A stretch of 64,000 bases of DNA from Octopus vulgaris (taxonomy: Eukaryota), in the NCBI GenBank assembly GCA_951406725.2, contig OX597821.1:59334001-59398000 (forward strand). The letters run 5' to 3'. Positions 39,201 through 51,500 of this stretch are shown here, in pieces; the stretch's first letter is position 1; each line of letters begins with the position of its first letter. The translations under genes and the position numbers were made by a program. Below the pieces are notes generated by a model, which was not told the origin of the DNA, ran no database searches, and was given only the letters and a program-made list of their open reading frames with translations.

Positions 39201-42200
39201 AAATAGTAAGAGATTTAGAGATGTTCTAATTAAAGCAGAAGGCAGGAGACTAGTAAATTATTGAGGAAATGTGGAAAAGAAAACTTTCTCACAATGGCTT
39301 TCTATACATCTTTAACAAAGAAGAAACTACAGATAATATAAATTTTGGTGCTGAGAGCAGAAAAATTGGAGAGAGAACATTAAGATGTATTAAATAACCT
39401 TGATTGCTGCAAACATCTTTCTCTCTATTTGTTTACATGTGTATATCTTTTCTTTATGCATATGTTAAGTTTGAAGCAATCAGGATAATTCAATACATTT
39501 TAATTCTTAGACCAACTATATCTGGCCCAAATATTCTGCCTGTTTCATGATCAAATAGATCCAGCCTCTCATATCTACCCTATAATGTCATTCTAAAAAT
39601 AAACAATCACATCATTGAAATCTTGAAGCTATGAGATAACGCATGATCAATTCAAAACAATGTGAATAAATAAACATTACATTTGACAGAGTAATTTGAA
39701 TATTTCTTTTCTTATCTCTTTATGTGTATGTGAACAGGGAAAGTATTTATATCAATCAGTTTCAGTTAATAAACTTGCCTCCCTTTCTCTCTCTATCTGC
39801 ATATATATATATATTTCTGTATGCCATGTATATGTTTACTTCCAGTGAGAAACAGTAGAGTCACAAAAACAGGCTGAATGTCCCTTCAGCTGAGCCCAGT
39901 CATTACACTTTACTATTACAGGCTCTGTTTCTCTGACCGTGCAAAGCTGTGTACCGCTTCCCACTAATTAACTGTCTCCTCCTCCTCCGCTTGTCATTCT
40001 ACTGGGTCTTGCTTACAAGACATTACCTCAGAAATGTAACACAAACCATTCTCTACAAACCATCTCAAACTCACTCAAATGTCGACCCCATCCACCTCCC
40101 CATCCATCAAGCTAAACATTAATTACATCAACTTCTCTTGTCTACAAATCAATTACAAAGGAGAACAAATGTTATTATGGGGAAAGTAAACAACAAGTAT
40201 TTCCACAAACATAAATTTGATAAATTTACTACAAGAAAGTATAGTTTTCTTTTATAGCTTGGTGCTTTTGGTTTACGTAAGGATACACATTAATTAACAT
40301 CTCATTAATAATAATTTTTTTTTTAACTACGTTACAAGGCCAAAAACTTTATGGAAGAGATGTAGTTGGTTAGATCAACCCTAATATTTGACAGGAACCT
40401 ATTTTATTGATTCTACAAAGTCAAAAGCAAAATCAACCTCACGGGATTTTAAGTCAGAATGTGAAGGAATCATCATCATCATCATTGTTTAATGTCTGTT
40501 TTCCATGCTGGCATGGGTTGGATGGTTTGACTGAAATTGGTAAGCTGGGGGGGGGGGCTGCACCAGGTTCCAATCTGATTTGAATGTAACTAAATATTGG
40601 TTTCAAATTTTGGTATAAAGCCAGCAATTTTTGGGGGAAGGGATAAGTCGATTGCATAGACTCCAGTGCCCAACTGGTACAAAGGCAAAGTTGACCATGG
40701 CAGAATTTGAACTCAGAATGTAAATACGAACGAAATGTCGTTAATCATTTTTGCCTGGTATGTTAACAATTCTGCCAGTTCACCACCTTATGTAATTAAT
40801 TAATGTCTGACACTCTACCAGCTCTAACATCCACCACCATTTTTTTTTATCAGGAAGTAAGAGAGTACCTATCACCTCTGACATTCATGGGAGAGAGGAA
40901 GGTATCCTCCCTCCCACTATTCTGGAGACCAGGCCTGAATGCTTGCAACAGACTAAGTCTACTATCCAAATTGGCCATGAGAGGATTTGAACTCAGAATG
41001 CAAAGAGCCAACACAAACACTTGCAAAACCATCTGGTCAACATTCTTACAATTCCACTGACCCACTCTCCTGGACTGATACTTTTTTTTACTAGCCTTCA
41101 AAAGGCTGAAATGTAAAGTTGACCTCGGTGGGATTTGAACTTACAACACTAAGTCAGAACAATTACTACAAGGCACTGTGAAATTCTGACACAAGACCCA
41201 GCACTTTTGAAGGGAGGGGGCATGTCAATTACATTGCCCCAATTCTTAACTGGTACTTTCTTTTCTACTCTAGGCACGAGACCCAAAATTTTGGGGGATG
41301 GGGCCAGTCGATTAGATCGACCCCAGTATGCAACTGGTGCTTAATTTATCAACCCCAAAAGAATGAAAGGCTAAGTCAGTGTCAGAAAGTAAGGAGTGGA
41401 AGAAATGCTGCTAAGCATTTCATCTGATATGTTAATGATTCTGCCAGCTCATTGCCTTAATTCACCACCCAAATTAATAAAACAGAATAATTTGTCCTTA
41501 ATGTCATTTTTTTTTCTTAAGTTTTGACACAAAAATCACTTGATGTTAATAAAAATCTCAGCTATTTTCTAAGAATTCACAATAAAATACTTACGAATTT
41601 TTTAGTTGCATCAAATATCTTTTGAGTTCCTAAAAAGAAAAGAAACAAAAATTAAAAAATGTATATTTCTAGGTCCATCATTCAGATCACAGATTTTGAA
41701 ACCTGATCTTAATGGTTACAAAACGAAATTAAAGCAAACTGTTTTTCAAGTAAGTATGGGTTGGATATGTTTGCAGAGCAATATGCTGCTATTCATTTTG
41801 ATCCCTTGCCATTTTATCTGTGAAGCTCCTAATCGTGAGACCTGATCTCTCAATATCTTTTCCCATACCTACTTTGGTGTTTCTCTAACAAAGATATAAT
41901 TTTCCACCAAGCACATCTCATAGTTAGGGTGTTGCACTTGTGATTGCAAGATCATGGTTTGATTCTTGGACTGGGTGGTGCATTGTGTTCTTGAGCAAGA
42001 CTCTTCGTTTCATGCTGCTCCAGAACCCTGCAATGAACTGGCATCCTGTTCAGCAGAATGTTGTGATCTCACTCACTTACAAACCATGGGAACTAGGTAG
42101 CTGGCTCTTTGGGCCTGGAGGTTGACAATGATAATCACTCATAATCTATTTTCAGTATACTTGTAATAATTCTCTCTTACATACACCAGTCAGTGCCTTT

Positions 42201-45200
42201 AAACCTTTTCTCAGTATATTCTAATGAAATACACTGCTTGCAGATTTTGACTAATTTTGAAAATCAAGAAATTTTTCCTGGCATTTGGCACAGAACTCAT
42301 TCTTACATAAAACTGCGAACAGTTTTAACTTAAATATAAACACTTTGAAGTGCAGGTTCTTTCATGAAACCAGGGATGTTCTCAAAACAGGTTGATATCA
42401 AAAGGATTAAAGTCTAACTGCTGTCTCAGCTTACTTGTACTCAGCCTTTCATGTAAGTTTATACATCCAACAGACCAAAGTTGTCTAATTCCTCTCTAGT
42501 CTCAAATCAAAGTGGATTTGGTATGTGTGTCTGGCAACAAGGAAATATTACCTTACTTGGAAACAAGTAGAGATTGGTGGCAGGAAAGGCATGCAACCAT
42601 AGAAAATTTGCCTCAACAACTTCTGACTCATGCAAACATGGAAAAGTGGATGTTAAAATGATGAAAAATACAGTATCATAGTTTGTACAACCATTTTCTA
42701 CAGCCTTCTTTTGGTTGCCAAAAGCTGTGACAGTTACCTGAACACTTGAAACCAAAATTTCTTTGCTCCAACAACTCATCACTACCATCTTACCTTCTCA
42801 ATAACTTCACCCCATTCTTATAAAATGCAAGAGATAGCCACATATCTTCTCTATAGCAAGACACTGGCACTTGTCCCTCTATCATACTTTAGCTATTGCC
42901 TCCCTCACGCACATACATACAACACCTGGCATAAAACTAACTATCTCCTCTTTCAAATACACTCACCGCTTAGTCAATATGGCTTTTATCGTTTTTTGTA
43001 ACTTACTCGGCAACCTCACTAGTGCTGGTGGCACGAAAAAAGCATCCAGTACACTCTGTAAAGTGGTTTGTGTTAGGAAAGGCATCCAGCCGAAGAAGTG
43101 TTGTCAAAGCTGACATTGGAACTCGATGCAGCCCAGTAGCTTACCAGATTCCATCAAACTGTCCAACCCAAGCTAGTATGGAAAGAGGACATTAAATGAT
43201 GGTGGTGGTTCAACAGAATGCTAGTAAATCATAGATCAATAGCAGACTGGTACCTAATTTTTAGTCAAGTAAGCATTCTAAAAATTTTGATGAATAATAC
43301 CCAGAGGCCTGGGTGTTGGGTGTCAAACTGGGTTAAAATTAAGCTTATCAAATAAGATCATGCAATCCATTTGACAGGCTCTAACATTGTTTTTTGCCAA
43401 ACCAATTATACTCATAGATAATAACCTGGGGCATTGTCTAGCACATTTACCCAATGTGCTATACAATGGAATATAATGAAAAATTCTTTAAGTGTCCCTG
43501 TCCTGAAATAGAAGTTTAAATCACAATTTGGTTCTTTTTATTTAGCTACCACACCAGCAGCAGGTGTACAGTTCTAGTTCTCATTAACTGTTCTTGGTAA
43601 TAAATACAACTCTCAACAAGATATAAGACTAGTGGTATTAAATGCTTCCCAAACATGTGGTCTCAGAACAAGTCACATTGCACAACACCTTGGACAAGTG
43701 TCTTCTACTATGGTTCTGGAGCTGACCAAAGCTTTGTGAGTGGATTTGGAAAACAGAAAATGAAAGAAGCCCAATTTGTGTGTGTGTCTATATCATCATC
43801 ATTTCACATAAGTTTTCTAAACTGGCATTGGTTGGACGACTTGACAGGAGCTGGCAAGCCAGAGAGCTGCACCAGGCTCCAATTGTCTCTTTTGGAATGG
43901 TTTCTATGGCTGGATGTCCTTTCTAACACCAACCACTTTACAGAGTGTATTGGATGCTTTATATGTGGCACCAACACAGGTGCTTTTTTTTTTTTACATA
44001 GCACCAGCAAAAGTGGTTTTGTATGTGGCACCAGCATCAGTGCTTTTATATGTGTGAGTGGGAGTGTGCGTGTATCTGTCTTGATATCATGTAATTGTTG
44101 TAAATGAGCATCACTGTCATACAAGTGATGTTGTTTATTTCCAGTCTTTCATGAAAAAACAAGTTTTGCCACAGGAAACATTACCTTAGTTGGATATAGG
44201 TGAGATTCGGAGACAAAAAAGGATTCCAGCCATAAAAAATCTGCTTCTAAAAACTGTCAGATCCATGCAAGCATCAAAACATGAACGTCAAATGATGATA
44301 AATAGCATGTTTTTTTTTTTTAATGTTTGGGTTAAAGGAAGGGGGCTATCTCCATGAGCTTCCAAGCTATCCAAGGCTGGTAAGATCAACGTGGTTAATG
44401 TTTCTCTTGAATACCAGTAGGAAAAATATGGACAGTGGGGATACCAGACAGAAAAGATTGAGCAACGTGGTTAATGCAAGAGTTGACAGTAGACCAACAT
44501 AGTTAATATGGAGAGGTGTGAGTCACAAATGGAGATGACAAGAGATCCGGTAGCCAGCTCAGAGACACTGAGACCAATGTAGTAGTGCTGGGTAAAGTTA
44601 ATGAGAAGACAACACGATGATGGACCATAATGGAGTAGGATGGCTAGCAACTTCAAGCCAGTTACCTGAATGACTTTGTGTTATCTGTTACGTTATATTT
44701 AAGCAGTAATGACTGAGCCCCATTACATATATATTTCCTAAAAGTTGATAAAAATGTAAGGGGCAGAGCAACTTAAATATAATCTTATTAAATCAAAGGT
44801 ACCAAGATAAGAACACACCTCTTTTTGCAGATTGCCATTCTTTCGTGTATAATACTATAGTTAAGCCTTCACTAATGAAATTTAGTAAATAGTACTGAGC
44901 AAAGTATTAATTTAGTTTCAATCAGATTTTAGCTCCGTCACGATAATTAGAGAGCTGACAACTGAACAATAATGTTACAAGAAATGGCTTTCACAGAGCT
45001 GAAAATGTGACCTTTGTTCCATTATCGGACCAGCTGTTGTAATTTAAATCGAATTTCTATTTCCTTTTTTAGTGAATTCTACCTCTCTCTCCAATTTACA
45101 AAAAAATAAAAAGAGAGATGAGTGAGGTTTGGTTTTAGAGTAATAATGTTTGAGAAAAGCGAAACAATAGTAAGGTAAACCAACCGGTAATTGGTAACAT

Positions 45201-46123
45201 TCACTCAGTACATATCCAAAGGGTCGATGAATTGGAGTAAAACGTAAATATTGACATAAAAATGCGAAAGCCCCTGAGAAAAAATATCACTATATTAAGT
45301 AAACAGTTTAACGTAGAGGACTAATTGGATGATATGAGAATGTTGTGTAGTAAATAGGATTATCATGTGATGTTGAACAGCAAGAAGCATAGGGTTAAAA
45401 ACAAAAACGAAGTTACAAAAACACTCTAACACAATAAACAGAATGACATCTGTTTATTAAAAATTGTAATTCTCAAGAAATTCATTCGGTAATATTGAAC
45501 ATTATTAGAATAAGTTATTTCGAAGTAACAAACCAATCGCAACAGACGAAGCAAAACGGAGATGCGTGTTTATTTTAAATTAGTGTATACACACCCACCT
45601 AAGCAAAGTGCGTTTTCCGGTCACTTATGAAACTTATAAACATCATTATTTGTGCATTTTATAAATGAAATATTTGGATGGAAATATCAAATATTGGGTT
45701 TACGAACGGTGAATAAATATATATATATATAAATAAAACAAAAATATTTAGTTTCGAAAGCTGGATGTATTGATTCCCCCCACCCCCACCCTTCTCTCTC
45801 TTTATATATATTGTTTGTAACGAAACAGGATTATCATTTGTAAACGGAATTTAAAAGAAATTCTAAATAAATAAATAAATAATAATTATTATTATTATTA
45901 ATAAGACATTATTTTAGTCATAAGAATGAGACGAGCTAAATTAGTCAACCAAGGATAAAACAATCTTGCATCTCTTAAACTTTAATTCAATAATCTATAG
46001 ATAAAGCAAACATTAGAAAAACAATAACAGTAAAAATCCGAAGGAAACATTGTTCAGGTAAAAAGAGTATACATAAGACAGGCGAATGTAAGAAATAGTT
46101 TAATAAACACCAACCTCAGCCAT
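30169..46123 (-). CDS. LAMTOR3: Ragulator complex protein LAMTOR3 (MP1), complete, 124 aa
   Basis: Minus-strand exons 46115-46123, 41595-41629, 33725-33783, 33400-33533, 32640-32703 and 30169-30242 total 375 nt with GT/AG introns. Translation: MAEELKRYLMQLKNSVAGLNAIIITDRDGVPVLKVADDNAPELVMKQNFLSTFGLATEQAGKLGLSENRSVISMYTTCQIIQINHLPFLITLVASINANTGMLLNVPNEMQEILKDLDAVLTLV*. It matches recalled LAMTOR3 motifs (DRDGVP, FLSTF.LAT.Q..KLGLS, ANTG). Confidence 0.95.
31806..31921. repeat. near-perfect 116-bp palindrome
   Basis: 58-bp arms centred on gtaattac, with 3 mismatches. Confidence 0.95.
32640..32703 (-). CDS. LAMTOR3: LAMTOR3 coding exon 5
   Basis: tttttcag|ATT ATC CAA...AAC ACA G|gtaagt; IIQINHLPFLITLVASINANT. 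Confidence 0.93.
33400..33533 (-). CDS. LAMTOR3: LAMTOR3 coding exon 4
   Basis: ttttag|TT GCT GAT...TGT CAA|gtaagt; ADDNAPELVMKQNFLSTFGLATEQAGKLGLSENRSVISMYTTCQ. Confidence 0.95.
33725..33783 (-). CDS. LAMTOR3: LAMTOR3 coding exon 3
   Basis: gttttag|T GTT GCT...AAA G|gtat; VAGLNAIIITDRDGVPVLK. Confidence 0.93.
34605..35643 (+). mobile_element. RTE-clade LINE 3' fragment with (GAT)n tail
   Basis: KGRLYDACVRTAMLHGSETWA and RWYGHVARMDED...GRGRPRKTW, followed by a tandem-unit 3' UTR and gatgatgat. Confidence 0.85.
35715..35759 (+). ncRNA. candidate minimal type I hammerhead ribozyme
   Basis: tctgtg-CTGATGA-a-ggg(aaataa)ccc-a-GAAA-t(cgca)a-TA-cacaga; stems I, II and III can all form. Confidence 0.55.
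36100..36740 (+). mobile_element. highly decayed CR1-like reverse transcriptase fragment
   Basis: Residual LENIFQW / NNLVSFN peptides across frameshifts. Confidence 0.4.
36742..37120. mobile_element. hAT (Charlie-like) non-autonomous element
   Basis: cagtcatgggcaaac...gttggccaaccctg termini; 8-bp flanks atctagat / gtctagac. Confidence 0.6.
37129..37575. mobile_element. second hAT-like element with a nested SINE (~37330-37510)
   Basis: ctatgtttcccaacc...ttgagaaacactg termini; flanks gtctagac / atctgaac. Confidence 0.5.
37921..39170 (+). mobile_element. mariner transposon, near full length, decayed
   Basis: TIR-like ends (aggtggtatcaaaagtttc...gaattttttatatcacctc); remnants EQRTNVKFCIELGKSATETLSML, GYDPETKQQS, MLIFFFD and HDDNAPC. 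Confidence 0.8.
41595..41629 (-). CDS. LAMTOR3: LAMTOR3 coding exon 2
   Basis: ctttttag|GAA CTC AAA AGA...AAT TC|gtaagt; ELKRYLMQLKNS. Confidence 0.88.
46115..46123 (-). CDS. LAMTOR3: LAMTOR3 coding exon 1 (MAE)
   Basis: aaat ATG GCT GAG|gttggt on minus; 9 nt, phase 0, fits the next exon. Confidence 0.75.
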
Positions 46124-46569
46124 ATTTCCTGCTCGAGTGAGAGAAGAGAAGTGTTGTGAAATCACACGAGAATCTCGACTGTAAAGGGAGACAACCAAGC
46201 CAAGCAACGGGCGCCGCCGCGTGGGATTCCGTCAGTAACTTCCTTTTTATTTCTTCTTTTTTAATTAATATTTTATCCCGTCCTTTTTGGCTGAAGATCT
46301 AAGTGCTGCCGATATTGTTAGCGTATCAGTTTTACTTTCGTACTAGTCATTCAAGCATTGTATTCGTTTGTATTGTCACTGTTGATACACGGATGATCTC
46401 TAGTAAAACAATCATCAACAACACTAGAATAACTGTTGTCCCTGATTACTTAGAACAACTTATCTGAAATAAACACGTAATAATTATTATTCTCAGTCAT
46501 CAGATAAAAGAGAAAAGAAAACCTTTAACGCATTCACTCATATAAATTAACAGAAACATATATTGAACG
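46124..46569. promoter_or_regulatory. putative bidirectional promoter and 5' UTRs (LAMTOR3 / DZF gene)
   Basis: Only 446 bp separate the divergent ATGs. Local CpG-rich core (gggcgccgccgcgtggg at ~46209-46225) in otherwise CpG-poor DNA; no recognisable repeats. Confidence 0.7.
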
Positions 46570-48051
46570 ATGGCTGTAACAGGAAAATCGACGAAAGGCG
46601 ATGGAAAATCAAACCGCTTTCGACCATTTAACAAACGTGGTTCAGTTCCACAACCTCCAATGCCTTTTTTTCCTCCACCTCCGTGGCATGCTCGTCAACC
46701 AAAATCTTCAGATGATAGACATGTTATGGCTAAACATGCCAGTTTATACCCTGCTGAATTGCCGGCTTTTCAGAAAATGGTTATTGCTTGTGAGAAAGCT
46801 CTTAAATTAGTATCAGATAAACTCTCTACAAATGCAGTATCACCGTCTACAGATAGTGAAACTCCCAAGGAGGAAGAAGACAAGCAGTCGACTACGGAGT
46901 CTGTAGAGGCGGACACTAAGGTAAACAAACCGAACAGTAACGTTTCAAAACAGAATAACAATCAAGATGATGTTTACCGTTCATTGAGAGGTGTCCAACG
47001 AGTTGGTGTGTTTGGTCACGGGCTTTTGTTACAAACTGATACTTGTGTCGAACTAGTAGCGTTATCTGCAGAAAAGCCCACCGAGACTTTGCTCAATCAA
47101 ATATACGAATGCTTTCCTTCTCAATTAGCTCTTGTCACAGATGAAAAATACGATATGGAAATAAATGTGGCGCAAGCGGCTGTAATAGTTATTCGAGTAA
47201 AAGAGCCAAAGATAAGTTGTAAAATTTCTTTGACATCTCCGATTATGAGGGAGAATATGGACACGCCGGTTGTCTCTGGAGGTGACGAAGACCAGCAGGA
47301 AGCAAATAATAATGACTGTAAAACAGGAGAAGGATCTGACCAGGCCCTTGAAGATAGTGATGCTCAGGGGACTTTCGAAGAAAGTAGTAACAAAGTAGAA
47401 AATGAAACTGCGGCATTGAACACTCATTCTGATATGCACACCGAGGAAGCTGATCCACCAGATGTCTTGAATAAAGGAATTTGTTTAAACGCGTTAGCTG
47501 AATTAAGGCGTGCCAAATGGTTCCAGGCTCGGGCGCGCGGATTACCTAACTGTTTGGTAGTATTACGGATTCTACGCGATTTATCTCAAAGAATTCCACT
47601 TTGGTCTAATTTGAATCTGTGGGCGATGGAACTGTTGGTAGAGAAATGTTTAGGCAGTGTCAGAGCTGTCCTTGGGCCTGGCAACGCACTTCGTAGAGTT
47701 TTTGAGTGTCTAGCTGCAGGAATAATATTACCATCGTGTCAAGGTCTGTATGACCCTTGTGAAAGAGAACCTTCTGACCCTATCAGCGAAATGACTGCCC
47801 AGGATCGAGAGGACATTACCGCTGCTGCTCAACACATGCTTAGACTTATAGCTTTTAGAAGAATCCGCAAAGTACTTGACATGGAACCCTTGCCGCCGCC
47901 GCATAGGAAATTTAAGCAAAGGAAGCGAAAACGTGTCGGAGAAGGAGCTGAAGGAGATGCTGTTGAGAAAAGGGACAAACAATGTGATGATGTGGATGAC
48001 GAACTTGTTGAAGATGTTGAAGACTGTGACATTGAGCCTTCTGATGCCTAA
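46570..48051 (+). CDS. intronless DZF-domain protein, ZFR-like (zinc fingers absent); probable retrogene
   Basis: 493-aa uninterrupted ORF with ZFR-type DZF motifs: SSDDRHVMAKHASLYP, EKALKLVSD, LRGVQRVG, LTSPIMRE, DPPDVL, LRRAKWFQARA, WAMELLVEK, ALRRVFEC, DPCE, REDITAAAQH.LRL.AFR.I.KVL. It has a basic NLS-like KQRKRKR and an acidic tail. An in-frame TGA lies at 46564-46566. Confidence 0.93.
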   Translation: MAVTGKSTKGDGKSNRFRPFNKRGSVPQPPMPFFPPPPWHARQPKSSDDRHVMAKHASLYPAELPAFQKMVIACEKALKLVSDKLSTNAVSPSTDSETPKEEEDKQSTTESVEADTKVNKPNSNVSKQNNNQDDVYRSLRGVQRVGVFGHGLLLQTDTCVELVALSAEKPTETLLNQIYECFPSQLALVTDEKYDMEINVAQAAVIVIRVKEPKISCKISLTSPIMRENMDTPVVSGGDEDQQEANNNDCKTGEGSDQALEDSDAQGTFEESSNKVENETAALNTHSDMHTEEADPPDVLNKGICLNALAELRRAKWFQARARGLPNCLVVLRILRDLSQRIPLWSNLNLWAMELLVEKCLGSVRAVLGPGNALRRVFECLAAGIILPSCQGLYDPCEREPSDPISEMTAQDREDITAAAQHMLRLIAFRRIRKVLDMEPLPPPHRKFKQRKRKRVGEGAEGDAVEKRDKQCDDVDDELVEDVEDCDIEPSDA

Positions 48052-48471
48052 AAAGAAAGCTCTCAAAATTCTTTCGTTTAATCTCCACACACACATGCAC
48101 ACACACACACACACTCTCTCTCTCTCTCTTCTCACCCTCTCTGTATTTCAGCCCTTCCTTATGCATTTCTTCACAAACCTCTTCCATTAAAAATTATATA
48201 TTTCATATTTTGATAGTTTTGAAGCTATCTGTTATTCAGTTTTGACAAACCACCAGTAATCACCCCGACTTTAATCACTATATTTACAACAATGTAATGA
48301 TTATTTCCTCTTTAATGAAGCGAGATGTGTTTGAATTGAAGTTGCTATAGATGCAAGAAAAATTTTAATTCCAGTTTGGAAGCTGTTCTGAGTTTAAAAT
48401 GAAACTAGTTGTTTTTAAACATTATCATGCAAAGAGCATTGTTTTATTAAGGACCAAACAGCTCTAAAATG

Positions 48472-48519
<48 letters not shown>

Positions 48520-51500
48520 TGACACTGACTTATTTCTAAGGGCGATGTTAAAATTTTGTTGTCACAATAATGAAAAATTCTTCCTGCTTTTTTTTTATTT
48601 TTCAATAATTAAGGAAGTTTTCTTGATCGTGATTTTTAAAGCTGAAAATATATGTTAGAATAATCTGACCTCTACAAATTTCATTGATTTTGATTTTTAT
48701 CACCCCCTTCCAAATTATTTTCACTTGATAATTAAGATAATTTTTGAAGTTCCATTGTAAATTCTATCTAATTGATGTCTTTATGTGCGTTTATAAATAT
48801 ATATATATATATATATATATAATCTGGGCTATGCTAAGGCATCTTAAAGTTAAGAACATGTCATTAATCTTATAACACCTGAATTCTTCATATCTCTGGT
48901 ACTTCATTTTAATTATGATTTTTATTGGTTTTCAACTCAAGAGCAATGATTCTTTTTTTTTTATGCTAATGGCTATGTTGCATAATTGCAGTGTTTTCTT
49001 TATTTTTTTGTTACAGAACATGTTGAATAAGTGTAATGCTTCTATGCTCCTGGGTGGATTATATATGTTCAGGTTTTAAATGAATTACACTTCAGAGGGA
49101 AACTGATGGTACCCCAACATGGTCAAAGCTTCAATAGTTTAAGTCTGCTTAAAAAAGTTTTTTAATTCTTTTTTTATCACACTTGCTTTTACTATGGTAT
49201 TTTTTAAAAATCTTTATCTAATCTATACTGTCAAGGATTTCAAATTTACCATTCCAACTATGTCGTCACTAAATTTCTCTGCATCTGCATACACACACAC
49301 ACATGCACTCATACAGTGTTGAAATTATCGAAATTATTCTGATAGGATGGGTATCTATTTGTACAAAATGAGGACTATTATTCCTTCTAGACAGAGAAGC
49401 AATCTTCACTCTGACTTACAAACATTTATGTGGCCTGTATACAGCTCATATTTGTTGCATTCCCTTGTATTATAATTATTGAAAGTTGTTGGCGACAGAT
49501 TAAAGGTTCCCAAATGACATTTGTTTCAACAAGTCATTTGCAGATTTCATCAAGTGTTGCATGGTTGTACCGTATGTACAGATGCTCTTGAATGCTTTGG
49601 GTTGCATTCTCCTGTATGTATTGCAGTACTACATGCATAAATCAATGTGGAATAATGAATTTGTCCTCCACACTCCACAGTGGCATCTCATACAAGATTC
49701 CAGTCTTTTCATGCATGCTAGTTAAATCGTCTGGTCTTTTCTGATATGACTGATGCAGCCATACAGACTCCAATATACTTAGAATGCTGCACTTTTGAAT
49801 GGCTTAGTCAAGTATTGCATTGATCTCAGTATGTCTGGCATGATGTACCATGTTATACTTACTAGACAGGCCATGAAGACACCTTTTCCCCCGGCATCCA
49901 TTTGTTAGTTGACATGTGAGCTCCAGTGAATGATACAATAGTAATATGAAGCTGTTCTAAAGATAACTGAGTTCCTTGATGGGAAATAGTTAAAGCTCCA
50001 AACTAGACAGCTGAATAAACACCCTTCGGTTACAAGTGACTTCATTCAAGCTGGTCACATATCTATCAAATTTCCACCGGTTTCTTGCTAGGTATATCAT
50101 TCCCATTCTCATTATCTTCATATCTTAAGACTTGATGCTATGCTCACCACTACAGGTGACCAATGTAATCTCCAAACCTGGTAATGAGAGAATATTGACT
50201 GAGAAAGAGGACGAGAGTTCTTCCAACCCAGCCAACAGAGTTTGTTTGTAAAGTGAAGAGGGAAAAATAAGCAAGAGACCTTACGCCTAAGTCACCGTGG
50301 TTTATATTCCAAGCTGGCTTGGAGTATATTATTCACAGAGGAATCCACAATGATAATATCATAGGGATTTTCAATGATTATTTCATTTATGTTTTGTAAT
50401 CTAGTCAATAAATAACATGGGAAAATCATAATGTATACATTAGTTACAGTAAATATAATGAATGCTTGGTGTGGCTCAGTTTTATTGAAGCATCCTAACA
50501 TTAGTGACAGCTTAGCAAATTTGCTTCTCAAGGTTATGTTAGGCACTTTCTGGTGTTATGGGTGACCTGAGAATTACTTGTTTTTCTTTCATTCTCTCTA
50601 TGATTGAATGAACTAAAGTATTGTTTACATTTGGTTGGTGCCAAGCCAGGTTGCCAACCTAAGTGACAGAATACACCAATACACCAAAAGGTATGCATTG
50701 TCAAAATCTAGTTAAGTTAGCTATTAACTTGTATATTTAAACCTGTTTGAAATAACAGACTTGATGGTTTTACCCAAGACAATCTTTGTTTTTGGTGATG
50801 GTGGTGGTGGTGGGTTTAATTGAGACTTGCACTGTAAGGAAATAGGAATATTACCAGTTGTGCTGGTCAGGCAATTGCTGTTTTGCTGTTCAAGCAATTA
50901 CTGTTGTTGCCGTGCTGGCAATTACCACTGAATTGTGCTCCCATTTGCTGTTTTTGCTGCCTTCATTGTTATAAATAGTTTTATGGGACAGAGGCAAATG
51001 TAGTGTTTTATCAAATTTTAATTTTATTTAGTGTAGTTGTAAGTGGGACCCTGTTAAACATCACTGCTTAAATAAACCCTCTGGTATAGAGGTAGCCAAC
51101 CTAATGAAGTATTTCATCAAGAGATTTTAGTTCAGAATCTGCTGATTGTGTGTATTTTGAACCATGATGTAGGTTGTATTATATAAAGACAATTGGGTGT
51201 TGATAAACATTTAGCTGCTACATTAAGCTATTTAGGTGACTATGAGGAACTAGTTTTGTTGATCTGATTCTCTTGCTGAAATTTAGGCTTTAAAAACAAA
51301 TATTTGTAAATTGGATAAATGTTTAGTAAATCATGTGACATGTAGTGGACTATTATTTAATCTTTGGCGTGCTTGTGAAACTTTCACTCTTCAAGCAGTT
51401 ATTATTTAACAGCTAAAGCCATAACCAATATTCCACTGTTCTTTATAGCAACAATACCAAATTGATGCTGCTTTGCAGGTTCTATTGAACTTTCTTTACA

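Noticed and set aside
46601-48190. Alternative-frame and antisense ORFs overlapping the DZF gene
   Set aside because: Shadows of the real CDS and the adjacent microsatellite; no independent motifs
49330-50340. Compositionally coding-like stretch downstream of the DZF ORF
   Set aside because: No ORF of 60 aa or more across most of it and no diagnostic motif; probably a very old transposon remnant
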